Below the pieces are notes generated by a model. The model did not search any database and was not told the DNA's origin. It saw nothing but the letters and a program-made list of their open reading frames with translations. Of a stretch of 17,358 nt of DNA, positions 14,715 through 17,358 are shown one piece after another. Numbering within the stretch: position 1 is the stretch's first letter; every line of letters starts with the position of its first letter. Source of the stretch: a virus; UHGV virus genome UHGV-0105864; one strand, given 5' to 3'. The position numbers were made by a program, and so were the translations under genes.

Positions 14715-15004
14715 TGGCTAACCTACGCAAAGAAGCACGCGGCAGAGAATGCCAGGTACGTATTTACGGCGTATGCAATGGCAATCCTGAAACTACAGTT
14801 CTGGCACATTACCGGATGGCTGGAATTTGCGGAACGGGAATGAAACCTGACGACCTGATCGGTGCATGGGCTTGTAGCGCGTGTCACGATGAAATCGACC
14901 GACGTACCCATAACCTCGACAACAAAGACGCCAGACTTTACCACCTCGAAGGCGTGATCAGGACGCAGGCGATACTGCTGAGGGAGGGGAAGATTAAGCC
15001 ATGA
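14714..15004 (+). CDS. YbcO-like protein (DUF1364 family, putative nuclease; Cys-rich)
   Basis: 96-aa ORF MANLRKEARGRECQVRIYGVCNGNPETTVLAHYR...CSACHDEIDRR resembling DLP12 YbcO; directly upstream of rusA as in DLP12. Confidence 0.6.
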   Translation: MANLRKEARGRECQVRIYGVCNGNPETTVLAHYRMAGICGTGMKPDDLIGAWACSACHDEIDRRTHNLDNKDARLYHLEGVIRTQAILLREGKIKP

Positions 15005-15363
15005 ACGAATATCAGTTTGTGCTTCCATACCCGCCGTCGGTGAATACCTACTGGCGAAGACGGGGAAGCCAATACTACATCAGCGATAAAGGCCAGAAAT
15101 ACCGAAAAGATGTACAGCAAATAATCCGCCAACTCAAGTTAGACATTTTCACCAAATCACGACTCCGCATCAAAGTCATCGCAGACGTTCCAGACTACCG
15201 CCGCCGCGACCTCGATAACATCCTGAAAGGTTTACTCGATTCCCTTATCCACGCCGGATTTGCGGAAGACGACGAGCAATTCGATGACATTCGCGTAATT
15301 CGTGGTGTGAAAGTACCAGGCGGACGGCTTGGAATAAAAATCACCGAACTGGAGAACGTATGA
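15001..15363 (+). CDS. rusA: Holliday junction resolvase RusA
   Basis: 120-aa ORF with the RusA pattern (...PDYRRRDLDNILKGLLDSL...GGRLGIKITEL). Confidence 0.85.
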   Translation: MNEYQFVLPYPPSVNTYWRRRGSQYYISDKGQKYRKDVQQIIRQLKLDIFTKSRLRIKVIADVPDYRRRDLDNILKGLLDSLIHAGFAEDDEQFDDIRVIRGVKVPGGRLGIKITELENV

Positions 15364-15548
15364 ACGCCACAATTCAAACGATACCAGAGCTTCTTATCCA
15401 GACACGAGGCAATCAGACCGAAGTGGCAAGGATGCTTTCCTGCGCAAGAGGAACAGTGCTCAAGTACAACCGAGACAGCAAAGGCGAGCGTCACGTAATA
15501 GTTAACGGCGTCCTGATGGTCAAACAGGGAAAGAGGGGAAGACGATGA
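15360..15548 (+). CDS. ninH: NinH-like DNA-binding protein
   Basis: 62-aa ORF; TIPELLIQTRGNQTEVARMLSCARGTVLKY resembles lambda NinH (KTIPDMLVEAYGNQTEVARRLKCSRGTVRKY). Confidence 0.7.
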   Translation: MNATIQTIPELLIQTRGNQTEVARMLSCARGTVLKYNRDSKGERHVIVNGVLMVKQGKRGRR

Positions 15549-16063
15549 GCATAAGAGAACTAAACCTCACCAAAGAACAGCATGAGTGGCTGAATGGCTG
15601 GCTTGAACTGTGGGGCGCATGGGTTTATTCAGGTCGTCTGGAAAAGCGCATGAGCAGCGTAATAGCGAAGTTCATGGAGAGCGTAGAGCCGGGAAGAGTT
15701 ATGACAAGGCCAATGTGCAATGATGATGATGGAATGTTGATTTCTCAGGTCGTCGATTCCGTCATGTGCATTGACAAGAAAGCCTTTGGCATCCTCCTCA
15801 GCTACTACGCTCATGGTTCATCTAAGCGAGCAATTGCATCCTACTATCACGCGACTGCAAAGCCACGCAAGATGTGTGGACGTGGTGGCGAGGGATGGAG
15901 AAAACCTTCACTGGCAACCTGTAGAAACGAAATTGACGACATCCTGAAAGCGTCGTTATTTGTTTTGTACCAGCCAATGCAAAATGCTTTTAAAATGCGT
16001 AAACGTGTTGAGAAAGTTAAGCATGTTGCTGTTAAAAGCCTTGACATGCAATTATCCATTTAG
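15545..16063 (+). CDS. Q: Putative late-gene antiterminator Q (not lambda-Q type)
   Basis: 172-aa ORF in the Q position (after ninH, immediately before a pR'-like promoter, terminator, tRNAs and S/R); the sequence itself was not recognised, so the call is positional. Confidence 0.5.
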   Translation: MSIRELNLTKEQHEWLNGWLELWGAWVYSGRLEKRMSSVIAKFMESVEPGRVMTRPMCNDDDGMLISQVVDSVMCIDKKAFGILLSYYAHGSSKRAIASYYHATAKPRKMCGRGGEGWRKPSLATCRNEIDDILKASLFVLYQPMQNAFKMRKRVEKVKHVAVKSLDMQLSI

Positions 16064-16070
16064 CCATAAT
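16041..16070 (+). promoter_or_regulatory. Candidate late promoter pR' (-35 TTGACA 16041-16046, 18-bp spacer, -10 CATAAT 16065-16070)
   Basis: Consensus -35 hexamer inside the 3' end of the Q-position gene; -10 just after its stop codon. Confidence 0.5.
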
Positions 16071-16080
16071 TAGAAGGTAA

Positions 16081-16123
16081 GCTGCCGTTAGTGACTCTTA
16101 AGTTGCAACGGTGGCTTTTTTTA
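16081..16123 (+). terminator. Intrinsic terminator (hairpin 16081-16115 then a run of 7-8 T), candidate tR'
   Basis: Imperfect stem GCTGCCGTT...AACGGTGGC followed by TTTTTTTAT, immediately downstream of the pR' candidate. Confidence 0.55.
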
Positions 16124-16126
16124 TTT

Positions 16127-16201
16127 GGGTCAGTCGTATAAAGGTCATTACGGAAGGCTGTTAACCTTCTTATCGTGGTTCGAGCCCACGCTGTCCCGCC
16201 A
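16127..16201 (+). tRNA. Phage-encoded tRNA, anticodon GUU by manual fold (tRNA-Asn-like), with acceptor and D-stem mismatches
   Basis: Cloverleaf read by hand: acceptor GGGTCAG/CTGTCCC (one U-U mismatch), anticodon stem GAAGG/CCTTC with loop CTGTTAA, T-arm CGTGG-TTCGAGC-CCACG, 3' G-CCA encoded. Confidence 0.55.
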
Positions 16202-16206
16202 AACAT

Positions 16207-16282
16207 GCTGGTTTAGCTCCAATGGTAGAGCAGTCGCCTTGTAAGCGAATGGGTAGCGGTTCAAGTCCGTTAACCAGCACCA
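16207..16282 (+). tRNA. Phage-encoded tRNA, anticodon UGU by manual fold (tRNA-Thr-like)
   Basis: Acceptor GCTGGTT/AACCAGC, D-stem GCTC/GAGC, anticodon loop CTTGTAA, T-arm AGCGG-TTCAAGT-CCGTT (one G-U pair), discriminator A plus CCA encoded. Confidence 0.6.
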
Positions 16283-16371
16283 TAACTGAGCCGTATCCAC
16301 TGGCTATCCTGAATTCATCAGTGATAGTTATGCTGCGGCCTTCTACACATGATCTTCGTGAAAGCGGGTGA

Positions 16372-16405
16372 CAGGAGGTCGCGCTAACAACCTCCTGCCG
16401 TTTTG
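16372..16405 (+). terminator. Stem-loop (CAGGAGGT-N10-ACCTCCTG) with a short T-run, in the lambda-like region upstream of S
   Basis: 8-bp perfect stem followed by CCGTTTTG; terminator-like but with only four T. Confidence 0.35.
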
Positions 16406-16504
16406 CCCGTGCATATCGGTCACGAACAAACCTGATTACTAAACACAGTAGCCTGGATTTGTTCTATCAGTAATCGACCTTATTCCTAATTAAATAGAGC
16501 AAAT

Positions 16505-16518
16505 CCCCTTATTGGGGG
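16505..16518 (+). promoter_or_regulatory. Stem-loop immediately upstream of S (CCCC-TTATT-GGGG), the known translational control structure for the S dual start
   Basis: Inverted repeat overlapping the ribosome-binding site GGGGGTAAGAC before the Met1/Met3 starts of S. Confidence 0.5.
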
Positions 16519-16524
16519 TAAGAC

Positions 16525-16848
16525 ATGAAGATGCCAGAAAAACATGACCTGTTAGCCGCCATTCTCGCGGCAAAGGAACAAGGCATCGGGGCAATCCTTG
16601 CGTTTGCAATGGCGTACCTTCGCGGCAGATATAATGGCGGTGCGTTTACAAAAACAGTAATCGACGCAACGATGTGCGCCATTATCGCCTGGTTCATTCG
16701 TGACCTTCTCGACTTCGCCGGACTAAGTAGCAATCTCGCTTATATAACAAGCGTGTTCATCGGCTACATCGGTACTGACTCGATTGGTTCGCTTATCAAA
16801 CGCTTCGCTGCTAAAAAAGCCGGAGTAGAAGATGGTGGAAATCAATAA
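16525..16848 (+). CDS. S: Holin S (lambda S107/S105 dual-start holin/antiholin)
   Basis: 107-aa [44 protein letters not shown]... essentially identical to lambda S. Confidence 0.95.
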   Translation: MKMPEKHDLLAAILAAKEQGIGAILAFAMAYLRGRYNGGAFTKTVIDATMCAIIAWFIRDLLDFAGLSSNLAYITSVFIGYIGTDSIGSLIKRFAAKKAGVEDGGNQ

Positions 16849-17308
16849 TCAACGTAAGGCGTTCCTCGATATGCTGGCGTGGTCGGAGGGAACTGATAAC
16901 GGACGGCAGAAAACCAGAAATCATGGTTATGACGTCATTGTAGGCGGAGAGCTATTCACTGATTACTCCGATCACCCTCGCAAACTTGTCACGCTAAACC
17001 CCAAACTCAAATCAACAGCCGCCGGGCGCTACCAGCTTCTTTCCCGTTGGTGGGATGCCTATCGTAAGCAGCTTGGCCTGAAAGACTTCTCTCCGAAAAG
17101 CCAGGACGCTGTGGCATTGCAACAGATTAAAGAGCGTGGCGCTTTACCGATGATTGACCGCGGTGATATTCGTCAGGCAATCGACCGTTGCAGCAATATC
17201 TGGGCTTCGTTGCCCGGGGCTGGTTATGGTCAGTTCGAGCATAAGGCTGACAGTTTGATTGCAAAATTCAAAGAGGCTGGCGGAACGGTCAGAGAGATTG
17301 AGGTATGA
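16832..17308 (+). CDS. R: Endolysin R (lambda lytic transglycosylase)
   Basis: 158-aa [45 protein letters not shown]... matching lambda R; overlaps the S 3' end. Confidence 0.95.
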   Translation: MVEINNQRKAFLDMLAWSEGTDNGRQKTRNHGYDVIVGGELFTDYSDHPRKLVTLNPKLKSTAAGRYQLLSRWWDAYRKQLGLKDFSPKSQDAVALQQIKERGALPMIDRGDIRQAIDRCSNIWASLPGAGYGQFEHKADSLIAKFKEAGGTVREIEV

Positions 17309-17358
17309 GCAGAGTCACCGCGATTATCTCCGCTCTGGTTATCTGCATCATCGTCTGC
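17305..17358 (+). CDS. Rz: Rz (i-spanin), 5' fragment truncated by the window end
   Basis: ATG 17305 overlapping the R stop; [18 protein letters not shown] matches the lambda Rz N-terminal transmembrane segment. Confidence 0.8.
   Translation, partial: MSRVTAIISALVICIIVC

Noticed and set aside
14340-15132. Track - strand ORFs 14340-14525, 14723-15028 and 14938-15132
   Set aside because: Antisense to ninF, the YbcO-like gene and rusA.
15195-16059. Track - strand ORFs 15195-15494, 15629-15814 and 15847-16059
   Set aside because: Antisense to rusA, ninH and the Q-position gene.
16283-16524. Possible third tRNA or a toxin gene between the second tRNA and S
   Set aside because: No T-arm/acceptor pattern or ORF longer than about 13 codons; the region resembles the lambda S leader and contains only a terminator-like hairpin.
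16509-16733. Track ORF 16509-16733 (-)
   Set aside because: Antisense to the holin gene S.
1-17358. CRISPR array, insertion sequence or transposase, or rRNA
   Set aside because: No regularly spaced direct repeats with unique spacers, no terminal inverted repeats with a transposase ORF, and no rRNA-like conserved segments were seen.

Overview
The window is most of a mosaic lambdoid prophage, running from the integrase end to the start of the lysis cassette. Left to right: a P4-type tyrosine integrase (+) converging on an AlpA-type excisionase (-); a leftward early operon (-) with an Ea22-like gene, a RecT recombinase, ral, a cIII-like gene and a frame-disrupted lambda-like N; a P22-type immunity region (c2 repressor, cro, c1, with TTAAG-type operators and paired nutL/nutR sites); a replication module (O-like initiator with internal iterons, DnaB-like helicase); a nin region (NinB, NinE, NinF, YbcO-like, RusA, NinH); a putative late antiterminator Q with a pR'-like promoter and terminator; two phage tRNA genes; and lambda S, R and the start of Rz. 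No CRISPR array, transposase or rRNA was seen. I did not find a convincing multi-gene novel system. The best candidates for undescribed function are a terminator-flanked 207-aa gene at the sieB/ea10 position (6633-7256), a run of small acidic or repeat-containing early-left proteins (2911-4178), and an unusually long non-coding N leader. All calls rest on reading the sequence and recalling protein families; no database search was run.
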